A DNA stretch of 64,000 nt from Yuukianura sp. NJ FZ-2021 (lineage: Eukaryota). The DNA lies in NCBI GenBank assembly GCA_046563655.1, contig CM102289.1, forward strand, positions 7,502,001 through 7,566,000, in the 5' to 3' direction. This document shows, piece by piece, positions 36,553 to 50,556 of the stretch. The notes under the pieces are model-generated. The model was not told the DNA's origin. It searched no databases and saw only the letters and a program-made list of their open reading frames with translations. A program made the position numbers and the translations under genes. Every line of letters begins with the position of its first letter. Within the stretch, counting starts at the first letter, position 1.

Positions 36553-39108
36553 TTACTTGTACGTCAGCGGCTTGACTGTTGTCGTGTAGATCTCCGATGC
36601 TGCTGCCATTGAATCTCTTTCATCCTGTCTTCTATGGACATGCAAATGAAGCACCAAATTTTTGTTTTTGTCAATTCCAGTTGAAGGGCCGCTGGACTTT
36701 CCAGCGTTTCCAGCGACGCTGGGACCTGGGCTGGAACTCACCACGGGATTGGATAGCATCGGAGGCCTTTGTGTTTGCACTTGCGTCTGCGTCAAATAAG
36801 TTTCTCTGGGAGGCGGTCCATGTGGGAATGAATCAAATCGCTGAATGTAATTTCCGTAGGTGTGAGGTTGGCGATGAGGAATGGGAACTCCATACTGCTG
36901 TAGAATTGGCGGTGGCGTTTGGATTCTGGCCGGTTGTGGCGAAAACGTTGGCGGCATAGCTTGGTAGCTGTAGTGCCGATCACTGCTAACAGCACTTGAG
37001 ACAGCAACTGGCGGTGGATTATTGGTATTTTCGTTAGGGTAAATGTGTATTTTCATTCTCATGGGTGCTGGAGGCGGAGCTAACTTGGTGGATGGAAGTG
37101 GTTGGTAACTTGGCAACGGTGGAGGTGGTGGTGGTGGATACTGCTGAGAAGGAGGCGGTGGATATGCTGGCACATAGGCTGATGGAACGCTTGTGGCTGA
37201 TACTGCCGCTAACGTCTCAGCTTCTAGCTTTTTCTCCAAGTATTCTAAGTATAATTTTTGAAGTCGATTTTTTCTTTCCCGCTCTTCGCGATCGGGGTCA
37301 TGCGCATGAAACATAGGAGGGGGTGGGGGTGGTGCGGTGGCGGATGACGGCGGGGGTCTAAACACACCCCCACCCGTATGGATCTCTATGATATCTTCCA
37401 TATCTGGTGGTGGGGGTGGAGTCACTGGACGAGTGTATCCACTGCGTTGAAACGATGGACTACTGTGGGAATGAGCATGGTAAGGAGCATACGGCTCATG
37501 CCCATCAGCGTTACTTCTGTGTTCTTTTGAATCCCACCCTTGATTAACGCGTTTCCCGCCATGACGATTGTGTCGGTCTCCAGAAGATTTGTAGTGTCCA
37601 TAAGGTTGTTTGAGCAGTATAGGAGTGGTTGTCGTACCGCGAATTCTAGCTTCTCGTGGATCCTCACCGTATCGATGATTTCTGTATCGATCATCCGCGT
37701 CATCTTCTTCAGGACTTCGGTCGTCACTGTTTCCCGGTCGGTACGAACCGCTTGCATACCGATGATGTTTCGTTACCGTCTGACTTCCACGAGTTTTTTG
37801 ACGGTTGTGCCGCTCTTTTTCAATTTCTTCTGATTCTTCAATATGCTGACGCTGGCGCGTACTTTCAAAATTTTGAGTTTTGATTCTGCTGTGGTTAGGT
37901 TGTCGAGAATGTTTAGTTCCATAGCGTTCTCTACTTGCATGATTTTTGCGAATTCGGTCTTCGTCGTCATCATCCAGATTCTTGTCTGATCCGTCTTCAT
38001 CTTCATACCGATAACGCGGTTTATAAGAAATTCGTTTCTCTTTTTCTTCCGAAGACTCCCGATTCCATCCGAAACCTGACTGTTTCGTCGACTTGTAAGT
38101 TTCTTTCGTATTTGGTCTATTTCTGATCATTTCTCTAACCGGTTTGGCTTTCGGTTCACTTTCGTCCGCATCATCTTCATCATCATCATCTCGCTCTTTG
38201 TATTTTTCGGTTTTGTGACTTCTTTTGGATGGTGGATTTAGCGTTGTAGTCGGCGCCTGCGTAGATTCTTGTGTATTTCGCATATTCATGCTTGGTCTCT
38301 GCGCAAACTCTCTAATGTCCTTGAGAAGCGAGGTTTGAACATCGTGAATTTCTTTTGAAAAATCACCGCCCATTGACACTTGACCAAGATCTGGCGGTGA
38401 GTGTTGCGGAGGAGGTCGAGGACGTACAGCTTCTTGCTCTTCTTTCTTGAAGTAGGTCAAAATGTCTTGAATGTTGGCAGCATCTTTGGGGTAACTGTAA
38501 CTAGGTTTTTGTGGATAGTGGGGTACTCGTTTTGCATGATCGCTTGACAAGGGTAGGGGAATTGGAGGTGGCCTTGGGCGGGGAGGGGGTCCGGGGTGAC
38601 TTAAGTGTCTGGAAGGTGGTGGACCACCGTAGCGAGAGGGGGCCCTTCGTCGCGGCGGTGGAGGTTGAGGACGTCGGCGCCGTGAAAGTGGATTCCGAAA
38701 CCGTGGATAGTTAATGGAGCCTTCTTCGGGCGGTAGGTCGCCGTCGTCATAGTCGTCAGATGGAGCAGCATACAGAGGTTCACGTGGAAATAAGTGACGC
38801 GTGAAAAATGGTGACCTCTTGACCCGGGTTCCCCCGTTTGAGGTCGAATTTGAGTCTAATGTGAAAGTCAAATCTCGAATTGCACTTGGAACACTTCTCA
38901 ATTTAGGAAATTTTTTGAAACTTTCCAAAAATTTTGGACTAGACACATTAAAACTTTTTGATACAACATTTTGGCTACTTTCACTGCGTCCAATTTTTTC
39001 ACTACAGTTGAACTTTGCAGAAAGACTTACACCGATTAGCAGCACAAGAACGACGGTCGGCATGAACTGAAATGACCTTGACCTTTGATTCGCTCCTGAG
39101 TGACCCAT
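36553..39108 (-). CDS. Large secreted Pro-rich low-complexity protein, single exon
   Basis: 851-codon ORF with signal-like MPTVVLVLLIGVSLSA, RVKR furin-type site, and Pro-rich and charged blocks. Confidence 0.8.
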   Translation of the reverse strand: MGHSGANQRSRSFQFMPTVVLVLLIGVSLSAKFNCSEKIGRSESSQNVVSKSFNVSSPKFLESFKKFPKLRSVPSAIRDLTFTLDSNSTSNGGTRVKRSPFFTRHLFPREPLYAAPSDDYDDGDLPPEEGSINYPRFRNPLSRRRRPQPPPPRRRAPSRYGGPPPSRHLSHPGPPPRPRPPPIPLPLSSDHAKRVPHYPQKPSYSYPKDAANIQDILTYFKKEEQEAVRPRPPPQHSPPDLGQVSMGGDFSKEIHDVQTSLLKDIREFAQRPSMNMRNTQESTQAPTTTLNPPSKRSHKTEKYKERDDDDEDDADESEPKAKPVREMIRNRPNTKETYKSTKQSGFGWNRESSEEKEKRISYKPRYRYEDEDGSDKNLDDDDEDRIRKNHASRERYGTKHSRQPNHSRIKTQNFESTRQRQHIEESEEIEKERHNRQKTRGSQTVTKHHRYASGSYRPGNSDDRSPEEDDADDRYRNHRYGEDPREARIRGTTTTPILLKQPYGHYKSSGDRHNRHGGKRVNQGWDSKEHRSNADGHEPYAPYHAHSHSSPSFQRSGYTRPVTPPPPPDMEDIIEIHTGGGVFRPPPSSATAPPPPPPMFHAHDPDREERERKNRLQKLYLEYLEKKLEAETLAAVSATSVPSAYVPAYPPPPSQQYPPPPPPPLPSYQPLPSTKLAPPPAPMRMKIHIYPNENTNNPPPVAVSSAVSSDRHYSYQAMPPTFSPQPARIQTPPPILQQYGVPIPHRQPHTYGNYIQRFDSFPHGPPPRETYLTQTQVQTQRPPMLSNPVVSSSPGPSVAGNAGKSSGPSTGIDKNKNLVLHLHVHRRQDERDSMAAASEIYTTTVKPLTYK

Positions 39109-41093
39109 GTCCTCTTACACCAATTCTTAGCAACATGGAATTTTCTTAGAAAATTCAATTCCAAAAATTAGCAAACTTTTTTAAAATAAATTTTGCATAA
39201 AGAATTCGGATTGGAAAATACTTGCTAAAATGCGATAGAATTTTTTACCAAAAACTAAAACTAAACGTCTCAACTACACATTGTTGTTCAGAGAAAAAGA
39301 AAGAAGTGTCCGTGTAACCGTAAAGTAAGTCCAACAGCTACTGAATGAAACTTTGTTAAAACTGACACATTTTCTGATGAATGTGAAAATAAGCGAAGTA
39401 CGAAAGTATCAAAACGCCTCCTTTTTTCAAAGGACGAAGATCCAAATTATATCACTTCCCCTTTGAGAAAATAATTGTTGAACTCGCTTTTGGAATGAAG
39501 CCTGCTTTTACTTATTCTTTTTAAAACTAATCTTGATCGTTCCACCAACTTGACACACTCCCTTAAATATACTTTTCTTATTAAAAATATGTGTTTTATA
39601 GGTTAGTTTCAATCGCAATTAACCTAACCCAACCACAAACTTAAAAAGTAAGGAACGAGGAAGAAATTTTCCAAGAATAAAACTTTAGAACGTTCTCGGT
39701 AACATACTTTCGGAGTGTTGCCTGAGTGTAGCCATGGGCAGCCTACTGAAACATATTAGTTACAAGTTACAACACCTGAAACTGAAAATATGCTTTCATG
39801 ACACGGATGTTGATTGAAACTGTTCCTGATGCAGAAAATTCCTGATGCTGCTACAAACTGTGGTCAGGGAAATGCAATTTCCAAGCGAAAGTGGTTTCCC
39901 TCCCTCTTAAGTTCTTTTCCCACTCATAACTTAAACTGTCAAAACACATTTCATCAACATTTTAAACTTGACGGTGCAAAAAGGCTTGACATTTTGGCAA
40001 TTTTTTAACAGCAATTCAAAGCAAATTCCATTTTGGTAAATCCGTTTCAAGTGCTGATGATGATGACACTGTGCAAATTGACTTTAAACCAATATTGACC
40101 AAAATGGACAATCATGAGAAGGTGATTGATGCGAGAATTCGTACAATACTGTACAAATAAAGTGTGAAATTTTTATGACTTTTGCTAATGATTTTCTATT
40201 TTTATCACTCTTTAGTTCAGGAATGACTTAAAAAAGAAGAAATTTTTGGTACATTGGATTACAACATTATTGGAAAGTTTTCTATTGGAAAACTTTCAAA
40301 CTTTCTTTAATATTAAAATTTTGGAGAGTTGCATTGATCATAAAAACGTAACTTTTTTGGAGAAATTGGACCAAGATTTGTGTGGGATAAAGTGCAATTA
40401 GAGGAGGATTAAGTACGAATGTGAATTGAAACAAGTCAATTAGGACGAAAAAACATGAAATGAGCAAAATGAGTGTGCGCAGAAGTGTGATTGTGTGGGC
40501 GGGATTCTTTGAAATTTTTGAATCAAGTGTTAATGAGGTCAGTAGATGAAAACTAATTAAACGAAATTGGTGAGGCGATGATTCTCTTTACAGTAAAACT
40601 AGAAATAAAAATTGAAACGGCTTCTTGTCCTTATTTCTCTTTTGTAAATTCTATTTTAATTTTGAGTTATTTATTTTTTTTTACCTGTTTTCCCATTTAG
40701 TTTTTATTTTTGTTAATCTCAGCATATAATTTCTGAATCAGTGATGCAGAAATGATTGGATTGAAGTTAAAGTAGCTTTGGAAGCTGACTCAAAAGAAAG
40801 TAGTGAAATTAGCAATGTGATTTTAATTAAATGTAATTAAGAAATCAAAGGTGTTAAAATCATTTCACATTTTGTTACAAAGCTGACTATTGAATTACAT
40901 TTGTAACCATAGAAACTCCTGCGCTCTCTTCACTTTGTTATTGCTTCTGAAACGTAAACTCATCATCAGTAATTCAAATATTACATTGCATTGGTTCAGT
41001 CATTCTCTGCTTTTGAATTCGTTTTCTTTTCAATCAATTTTGAATTCAGCAGGAGCGTTTTTGTTTTTTTTTTAAACTTTGGAATTTGAAAAA

Positions 41094-43848
41094 ATGCCGC
41101 GAGAGTGTCCGCCACCAGATCCGTGTGGACCAAAATGCTTTCCACTGTTTACACAAAACATTCCGAATCTGAACAGAAGCCATGTCCACGCCGACGCTTA
41201 CCAGGAAGATTGTCGCAACAAAATGGTTGATTATGACGAATGACAATTCACTTTTACTTTTTTCAAATTGGCTAAACTTGTTTTGTTTTAGGCTGGAGCT
41301 GGTGATACGGATCTGGTCAAACCTATTTGTGGCGGGTGTTACGACATTCCTGGAACTCATCAACGTAGCTGCGAATGTCAAGAATGCATTTGCAAACGAG
41401 AAGTAAGTTGAACGACAGACTTTTTAACAATTTATTTTTTTGGAAAAATTTGAATTTTGATTTTCCCGCTTTTCAGGCTGTTTTGGAAGAAGAATGTCCA
41501 CAACATACTGAAGGGAACCGCTGGCAAGATTTGGGTCGCAAATTTCGTGATCCCGATGTTCAAGCAATGTACGATCGTTTGAGCAGTTCTGAAGGAGCCA
41601 AAAGCAATCTGCGTTGGTGTCCAACTGATGAAGACCTTCCGTGTGTTTTGCGTCGATTTCGAAGTTCAAACACTGGCTACCTTGGACAAGCCAGAGTTCA
41701 TTACGGAGCTGCCCAGGACTGTGATTATCCAAAAGCCCTTGTCCATGGCGTAGTTGACTACGATATTACTTCGGTAAGGTCAAATGTCAAGGTCACTTCT
41801 ACTACTTGAGAAATTTACCCGGGTGATTCAAATTCCAGGGCGGGAAATTGATTAACCCTCCGCCCAAACCGTGGGTGCAACAATTGGAAACGGATTTGGC
41901 CGAAAGCATTTACGATTCGAACAAAACTGCTCCGATTGGATCTTCGCATGACCAACTTCTGAAACTCCCGGCGCATGTGCATCCGGACAAAACTATTTTT
42001 GGTGTCCCGACATCAAAAGGTTTGTGACTTCGGTGACCTCGTGACCTCAAACTCTGCTAACAAGCTTTGAATGTTCTAAACTGTTGTAAACAAAAATTTT
42101 TTTGAAATTTTTAGACGTAAAAGCCTCAGATTTGGTCAACCCGAAGAAAGACCGATTTTTTGTTGCCGCCGAATCTGATTGTTGTCATCCGCTATACCGG
42201 AAAACCCATTCCCATTACTATCCTGGCGAACAAGTCTGTCGAAAGTGAGAATTCAAAACTCTGAGAAATTCTGTTTCAAAGTGAAATTTAAAATTTTTTT
42301 TTCCAAGTTATGAAGCTCCGTTTAAGCGATCAGACACCTTTGGAGACTTGACTCCGCATGACATTGTTGGGCGTCCTTGTCGTCAAGTAATTTCAACTTG
42401 GCGCCAATGCATTCCAGATCCACCGGTCGTCTCAAAAGTTTACGCTGATCACGTAGATCAACGTATTCCCAAACTGGGAAAGGCGCAAGATCGAATCTGT
42501 GGTTTTCGTGATCGTGGGCCCAAGTAAGAACAACTTTAAAAAAGTTAAAAAAATTTGACAACATTACAAAATCTGAAAATTTGAAGCTTAAACAAAGTTT
42601 TGATTTTTTTTTACTTTTTAGTTACCTTTATGGCAAAATCACTCCAAAAGACCGTCCTGTTGATGAAATTGTGTTCAATCGTTGTCCAAATGAAGGAGCA
42701 GAAAAAGCTAAACGTCTTGTGCATAACTTAACTGAATGGGTTACAAAAGTGCGCCAGGATTTGAAATCTGATCGAGGAGCTGAACTGGAGTCGCTTTATG
42801 AAGCGTTTAAGGCTAATGACAAAGTAAGTTTTCAAAAAACTTGCCATAAATCAAAAATTTTCTGAAATTCTATTCCCTTTATACTCAGGACTGCAATGGA
42901 ACCATCGATTGGGAGTCGTTCATGCGCTGTCTCATTGAAGAAAGAGTTCCACGTACGCTCGAGCCGCTCGATTTCATTGAATCGCTTGCCTACATTGGAA
43001 TTTTCCATCCATCGCCCTGCAACGTTGTTGACTACAACTTGCTCATGGACTTCATCAAAGGACACAAAGAAGCTCAGTTTGCCTCCAAAGTTACAAGTGA
43101 GCAAACTTATGAAAAACAAAAACTGCGATTTTCAATATTCAAAAAAATTAAAAAATAAAAAGTTTTTGTAATGTTATTTCAAATTTTAGCTTTGAAGCCC
43201 TACTACCTTCCGCATACCAACAGTTGTATCCATTTTCGTACAACTTACTCCGATTTCGCCGCGAACAAATGTGTCCAGGAATCTTGTTTGCGTCGAGCCA
43301 AAGAAGAGCGGATCAACGGAATGCCGAGTATTCGCAAAGACAAAGTTCCCGCAAGGATCCGAAGTACAAAAGATACGACAAATTATGGTGACGATGGAGA
43401 TGCTTATAGTCTCATCTGGCCAAGCGTCTACACTGTCCGTGGAGTCACTGCAAGAGACGTGTTTAGTGTAAACCAAAGTTTTAATATTGAAATTCTTGAT
43501 TTTTCGAATTTTTTATTAACCTTGTTTTATTTTTTATTTTTTAAGCCCATGACTCAGGAGCAAATGAGACGCGTGTTGTGCAAAGCTGGAATCAACGTGA
43601 CTCATGAAATGATCAACTGCGCATGGGAGGAAGCGCTCAAAATGGATCCGGATGACAAAGGACGCGTTTGTTTCCAAAGTTTTCGAGAGGCTTTGGACAA
43701 AGTTCAAAAAGATCAACTGGATGCAATGGGCCTAACGTATGAAACGGAAATTCAAGACTGCTGTCCACCACCATCAAAAAACTGCATTCCACAGCCATGC
43801 AAAGAGGTCAAAGGTTACGGAAAACCGAATCCGTGCTATGGACCCTGA
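41094..43848 (+). CDS. EFHB: EF-hand domain-containing family member B (CFAP21)-like axonemal protein, multi-exon
   Basis: YDSNKTAPIGSSHDQ, FGVPT, LYRKTHSHYYPGEQ, TFGDLTPHD, GMPSIRKD, NYGDDGDAYSLIWPSVYTVRGV and C-terminal GRVCFQSFREALD. Confidence 0.8.
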
Positions 43849-44043
43849 AATCAAAAGTGCCAAAATGTCAACACTTCAAAACAGTAAAAATAAGCAACAA
43901 AAACTTTTTGAAAGACATTTCAACACACAAATTTGAAAAAAAAAGCTGAGAAAAAAAGTTTTACATAAAAAGTCATAACGCAATTCAATTTTCTTGGAGT
44001 GGGCAAGATTTTTTTTTTTGAAATTTAATGTTTTGAAATTTTT

Positions 44044-45906
44044 TTAAAATTTGGCTTGAATTGGTGCAGGTAAATCTCTAACATCCTCGTCTTCATCTTG
44101 CTGCTGAGGAAGATGACCTTTGTAAAATCTGTGACTGATCGTTTCTAGCCTTTGTCTGTTTCTTTTGAACTTTCGAACAAATTTGTCTCGAATTTTCTTT
44201 GCTTGGTAGTTCAACTTAACGTCCTCGTCACTAGGGTTTTTGAGATGACTCAAATACTCTTCCAAAGTGCGTCCAATTTGAACAATTTGTTCATTGTCAA
44301 CAGGACACAGTGGTGCAGCAATTTCTGAAATCCGTATAAATTCTTGATCCAGTTCATGAAACCGCGTCACCATCATCTTGTTGTATCTCAGAATCCGAAT
44401 ATCCACTTCCGCTTCGGGCCAAATTCCAAGCGCCCGAAAAATATACTCCGAAAGTCGGAACGAACGGGGTTGGTAGTAGAGCAAAACGTGAACAATTGGA
44501 GCAAATCTGTTGGGTTACCAGAATTGTCATTAGTTTTTTAGCAGTTTCCAGGAATCGAACCTGCGTCTTACCCAAGGTTACTTGAGAACCGAGTAGTATT
44601 TCGTACAACAGGTTGTCCAATAACTCAGGGTTTCCAAAAATCGTACTTAAAACACCTTTCTGCACCAATTTTAAGTTTTTTCCTATAATTATTTTTTCAA
44701 CTGGTCGACTATATTATTTGCAACGGAAAAACAAAGATACAGGTCAAGAAGAACCGATTTAATTTGAAAAAATATTGCACAAAATTGAAAACTCCGAGTC
44801 ATTGGACAACCTGTTGTAGAAAAACCTTCTTTTCCCGAACCTTGGTCTCACCTGATAACGGGTTTGCGATGTCGCTTTACCACAGTAGAAGATTGCGCCG
44901 GTGTAGAACGTGTGGAATCACCTGGAGTAGTGGACTGCGAAATACGGCGAAATTGATCTTCAGAAAGGTGAAAAAAGCCAATTTCAGTATTGCTGTAGGT
45001 GGTATGCAAAAGGCCGCTTTGCACTTTCAAATTCTTCCCATGTAGATTCACAGGACGGAGCCAAATATAGTAGTAGTTTTCATACAAATCGTTGTGTTTG
45101 TCTCTCATTCTCCCTTCATATGGAATTTCCTTTGCAAAAAAGTAAATACTTTTTTCGAAATTCATATCCGCTGCACTGACTTCAAAAGTTTTTGGATCCA
45201 AGGCTTCAATACAATAGAAATTGACTTCATGCAATTCACAAGCCAATCCAATTTCTAATCTCGTAGAATCATACATGTCTTCCAAAACGGCAACTTTGTA
45301 TAAAAATTTGGCACGCTCATGCACTTTTTCTCTGATGTCGAATGGATCGTACGTTCGGAAAAACGTGATGTAGTAAGAGTAGCAGTATTTGACTTCCCAT
45401 TTGTACGTGTCCCATTCTTCAACGATTTTTAAAGTAGCTTCTGTCCGAAGCTTTGTTGAGCAAATGCAGCATCCACAGCCATAGATGACCTTGGCGACAC
45501 ATTTCATAGGGAAATCAAATTGTCCCTTGCTGCTAGAAACCAGCCGATAGCGTGCTCCAAGTCCATTTTGAAGTGCAATTTCGATGATTCCGACGCGTGG
45601 TGTGTCGAGTTTGCGCTGTTGTGCTTTCGTTTTCTTAGAAACTGGTAGAAAGTGCGGATTGAGCGTGTTGGAACGACGACGATTGCGTAAAAAGCAGGTA
45701 ATGATTCCAGGTGAATAGTTTTTATTCCATTCTAGAATTCGGGCTTCCCGTTCTGGTCCGAATTCGGTTTCTTCGGAACTGTAAATTGACTGTGCTTGTC
45801 TGGCTTCAGCATTTGCTGCACTGTCGTATCTTTTTAAACAACTTTTTAACACTACTGGAGCTACTACGCTTTTCTTGCTACCAGGATTTTTGCTCTTGGC
45901 TGCCAT
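44044..45906 (-). CDS. Uncharacterised multi-exon protein
   Basis: A ~350-codon ORF ending at a donor near 44851, followed by co-oriented ORFs 44668-44354 and 44484-44044. No family recognised and the joins are uncertain. Confidence 0.55.
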
Positions 45907-46456
45907 ATTAAAGGTCAAAAGCTAAGTTTTTAAAACTTAGTTTAGTAATTTATTCAATTTTTCAACAAGTGAAAAAAATTAAAGCAAAATTAAACAAAAG
46001 TTAAGCAAAATCAGGCAAAATCGTATTTTTTTGTTATTCTTTGCCTTTGCATGGATTTATTTATTGTAACGCTGCACAAAGTGCTGCAAAAAGACTCCAT
46101 AGTAGCGCATTTTCAGTTTTTCATTTGCTTTCAATCCGTATAAAAAGAGGGACGGTATTCTACACAATGAAAGGGGAAACTAAAAGCTTTTACTTTGTTG
46201 CGTTCAATCGTAAACGGATAACATTTCATTTTCATTGATTACCTATAAATTCGAATAAAATTTTGATTTCTTTTCAAATTTTTTCAAGTTTTTGCATAGC
46301 TTTTTATTTGTAAGGTTTGACTAGAACTAGAAAACGTTAAATTATTTTCGGAATTAAGAAACCCTACTGGAGTATACTGGAGATTTTAATTTTGCTCATA
46401 AACCCGCTCCGTTTTGAAATTCAGAATTTTCGAGGCAACGAAAGATTTACGGGGAT

Positions 46457-47767
46457 TTAGTTATAGCCGATGCTGTTTTGATCACCGTCAAAGTGTGACT
46501 GGCTGCCGATGTTATGGTTAAGAAGTGGCTCCCATGTTGTTCCGTAGTGCTGTGACTGCTGTCCTACTCCATATTCATAACCTGATTAAAATGATTAGAT
46601 TTAATTAAGAATAAAATTAGTTTAGATTTTAAATTTACCAAATCCCGGATTATGATGGTGAGGTGGCGGTGGTGGGGCATAGCCTCCGTGGCCACCTACA
46701 AATCCTTGACCATGTGACTGCTGGTGACCGAATCCGTGGAGCTCATTGATTGGTGCATACGAACTCGCATGCCCATGTGACTGTTGATGCCCGTAACCTT
46801 GGAAATGCTGTTGCTGGTGTCCATGAGGATTCATTTGGTAGCCTAGCCATTGGCTGTAAGGCTCCGGTTGGTGTCTGTGTCCTCCCCCTTGACCGTGACC
46901 GTGACCGTGACCTCGCTGCTGTTGAACATAACCGCCGTGTCCATGCCCATGACTCTGGGATTGGTGGAATCCGTGACCGTGGTTATGCACTTGCTGATAA
47001 CTTTGACCACCGTGACCGTGGCCGTGAGATACTGACGGCAGCCCGTATCCCGTTTGATGATGTCCATGACTTTGCCCGTGACCATGGCCGTGCGATACTG
47101 CCGGCAGTCCGTATCCCGTCTGATGATGTCCATGACTTTGTCCGTGACCATGGCCGTGCAATACTGGCGGCGGTCCGTGACCGTGGCCGTGCGATATTGG
47201 CGGCGGTCCGTATCCCGTTTGATGATGTGGATGACTTTGTCCGTGACCGTGACCGTGCGATACTGGCGGCGGTCCGTATGTCGTCTGATGATGTCCATGA
47301 CTATGTCCCTGAACATGGCCGTGCGATGCTAGCGGCAGTCCGTATCCAGTTTGATGATGTCCATGACTTTGTCCGTGACCGTGACCATGAGAAGACTGTT
47401 GCCCGTAACCTGGTTGTTGATGTCTGTGACCTCTGTGACCTTTCTGGTTTCCAAATCCAACTCCGTGTGAGGCATGCGCCGATTGAAGTCCAAGCCCATG
47501 ACCATACGCTAGGTGATGTCCTTTTCCATTTGGACTGTCCTGAATTCCGTATCCATTTGCACTGCCGTGACCTTTGCCATGTCCACCACCACCACCTTTG
47601 ACAGAATTGGACTGAGATCCATGCAGACCGTGGTGACCTGCCGCTGGGGTCAAATCATTCTTCTCTTCTTTTTCTTTCTCAGTCTTTTTTGGTTTTTGCT
47701 TTTCAGAAGGCGCAGACGCAGCAATTCCTAGCAGCGCTAATAACAGAATCAACTCCCTCACTTTCAT
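46457..47767 (-). CDS. Secreted His/Gly-rich repetitive protein (cuticle-like); probable short second exon ~46581-46457
   Basis: Signal peptide, DLTPAA spacer, and ~22-aa repeats HGHGHGQSHGHHQTGYG(L/P)P(P/A/S)VS. Donor TTTG|gtaaat and acceptor aatcag|GTTATG give GYEYGVGQ...IGYN*. Confidence 0.85.
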
Positions 47768-48989
47768 TCTGAAGCTAATTCAAAACTAAGAAAGTGAAAG
47801 TCACAAGTCTCTTTTATAACAATTTCAATTCACAGTGATTACATGCATCTATTACTCGTAAGTGTTTAGACCGGAACTATTGTTCCGCTTTGAAAGAGAA
47901 ACGGAAGGAATGATCCGTGTTTGCGTTACGTGTTTAGGCTTTGCAATAATGCCAAAGTCCTTACAACCTAGCTTAACTATGTAAGTCCACAATTCAATTA
48001 GTTCAGCTTTACAAAGCTCTGATTTCCCTAATTATAAAAACATTGAGCAGAAAAGTAGTTGTGGATTGACTCATTTCATATTTGTCTTTCAAAATAATTG
48101 CAATTTCAGTTGAACTTCGACGTCGTGAATCGAAAAAAATAGACAAAATGACAGCAGCGACAATTTGGGGCATTGCAAGGAATTTCCTCTGTCAGCCATT
48201 TCTCATCTTCCTGTCACTTTTGCCCCATTTGAGCAAATGTCAGAACGATCTCATTTGTAAACTAATTTAAATTATGTAAGTTTTTGTAATACAATAGAAT
48301 TCAGTGTAATCTTAAACAAAATCTTGCTCCTAAAAAAATTACTTTATACTTGCGTAATTTTCTTTCGTATCTTGCTCCGAAGCAGGTCAAAAGCACGAAT
48401 TTAACAATCTGGCAACACTGCAACTGAACTTTTTTTTTTCTAAAACGTTGAGTAAAATTCAAACGATTTCGTCTTCCTGAGATCAAAATGCTTAACGCTG
48501 ATACTTAAGTTTCAAAATCACGTTTTAGAATTTGGCTTATTTTGTGACACGCTTTTGATGTTGAAATTGTGTAAAAATTTTGATGGTACATTATGTAGAC
48601 TGCATTCTACATATGTACCATCATGTAAAATGCTTGGTTATGAAAGATAATATTTTCTATAGTATGACCTTTGAACGTTTGATTTGATAAAATGAAGTAA
48701 CAAGTCACATAAATGACCTTTGAAGTATCAACTGAAGTTGAGACTGTTGGATTTGCTTTCCCTATCTTTCATTGTGTCGTTAGTAATGTGACAATGGTTC
48801 CTCATTACATATTTGGAATTATTCATCAACATAGGTGAAATTCGGTGTGTCGTCATTAGTATACATATTAGACATAAGTCATAGAAGCAATGAGGAACTT
48901 AGCTTAACAAATTTTGAAAATTAGGTTCACTGTGAGTATCTTCTAGTTTTTTTTTCGAAAAAGGCTAAAGTTGTTTGAATTTGACAAGA

Positions 48990-50556
48990 ATGAAGCCCAA
49001 CGAATTAGCAGTCATCGTTTTTTTATTTTCGGCAATATGTAGTGCGGCTGTACCACTTCAAACAATTTTTAGTCTAGGTAATATTTTTGAAAAAAAAATC
49101 ATACATACCTAAATATTTTGTTTTGAATTGAATTGAAGATTTTTTTAAGGTAAGCTCAATATCAACCCAGATACGGTGACAGTTTCTGGATTTTCTGCTG
49201 GATCTTCAATGGCTACCCAGTTTCATGTGGCACACTCTGCAACAATTAGCGGAGCAGCATTGTTTTCTCAAGGTTTACAAAATCCGAAGCGAAATTCTTC
49301 CAAAATTTGAAACCAAATTAAGTGATTTAAAATTTTGAATTCTACATTAGCTTACTACAGATGTGGTCCTACCTCCCTGATGACATTTGGAGTTCGGTGT
49401 AGTAACATGGCCTATGATTTATTTCCGTACAATGTTTGGAACGCAATAGCAGACGCAAAACGCTACTCCAATGAAGGTCTAATCGATAATTTCACGAATC
49501 TCAGGAGCAACCGAGTATTCATTTGGACTGGAGAAAAAGACGAGTATCTCTCACCAGGTATTTCCAGTATTCTAGTTAAACCTGCATCCGAAATTTAGTT
49601 TAGTGTTACAAACTAAAATTTTTGTTTCAAATTAGCAACTGTTGTCAAAAACAAAGACTTCTACAAAGCTTTTATCCAGAACCCGGGAATCAATATCAAA
49701 GTTACAGTTGCGAATGGAACCAAACACCTTTTTGTAAGTTGAGAATTTTAAAAGACATTTTGAAATTTGGAATTTTCCAAAAAATTGAGCTTAAATTATA
49801 AAAACATTATGTACTTTCAATGTTTTTTAAGCCGACAGATACTTACGGAGGTCCATGCGACCAAGATGCAGAACCAAATTTATATCTGGGAAACTGCAAC
49901 TATTCTGGTGCTGAGCATGCGCTGAGATTTCTACTGGGAGATATCAAAGGAGTGCCACTAGATCAAAAAGAAAATGGTAAATTTCTATTTTGTTTTCAAA
50001 AACAGATTTTTTATTAATTCGAAAGGTATTTATAATTTTAGAAAAATTTATTTCAAAATTCAGGTTCAAAGATTTTTGATGAGCGTCAGTTGATGCTATT
50101 TGACCAAACGGAGTTCTATGGCGGGAATGGCAGCATTTCAAAAATTGGGATGGGCACATTGGGCCACATTTATGTTCCTCGCGCATGCGCTTCAAACTCA
50201 ACGCAATGCCACCTCCATTTCCATTTCCATGGATGCAACGAATGGCCTCTTGACCTCGCTCGACCTTATGTACTCAACAATGGATTTCTACCAATTGCTG
50301 AACTTAACAATATCATCGTAGTTTTTCCATTGACTACTTCCATTGAAACGAACTACAATGGCTGTTGGGACTTTTTCTCTTATACCAACAGCAAATTCGG
50401 TAAAACCTCAAAAATAATTTATATATAAAAAGTTAATATGCACTAAACCAATTTCGATTAATTTTCCCACTTATTTTGTCAATTTTAGCAACCAAGGAAG
50501 GGGAGCAGATCAAAGTTATTTATGCCATGCTCCAACGGCTACTCAATGGTCTCTGA
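48990..50556 (+). CDS. Secreted PHB/PHA depolymerase-like alpha/beta hydrolase, copy 1 (7 exons)
   Basis: Signal peptide, VTVSGFSAGSSMATQFHVAHS (lipase box), VFIWTGEKD (Asp), KHLF|PTD (His), IYVPRAC..CHLHFHFHGC, NNIIVVFP, NGCWDF. Confidence 0.85.

Noticed and set aside
46750..47601. 283-aa plus-strand repetitive ORF
   Set aside because: Antisense of the His/Gly repeat gene.
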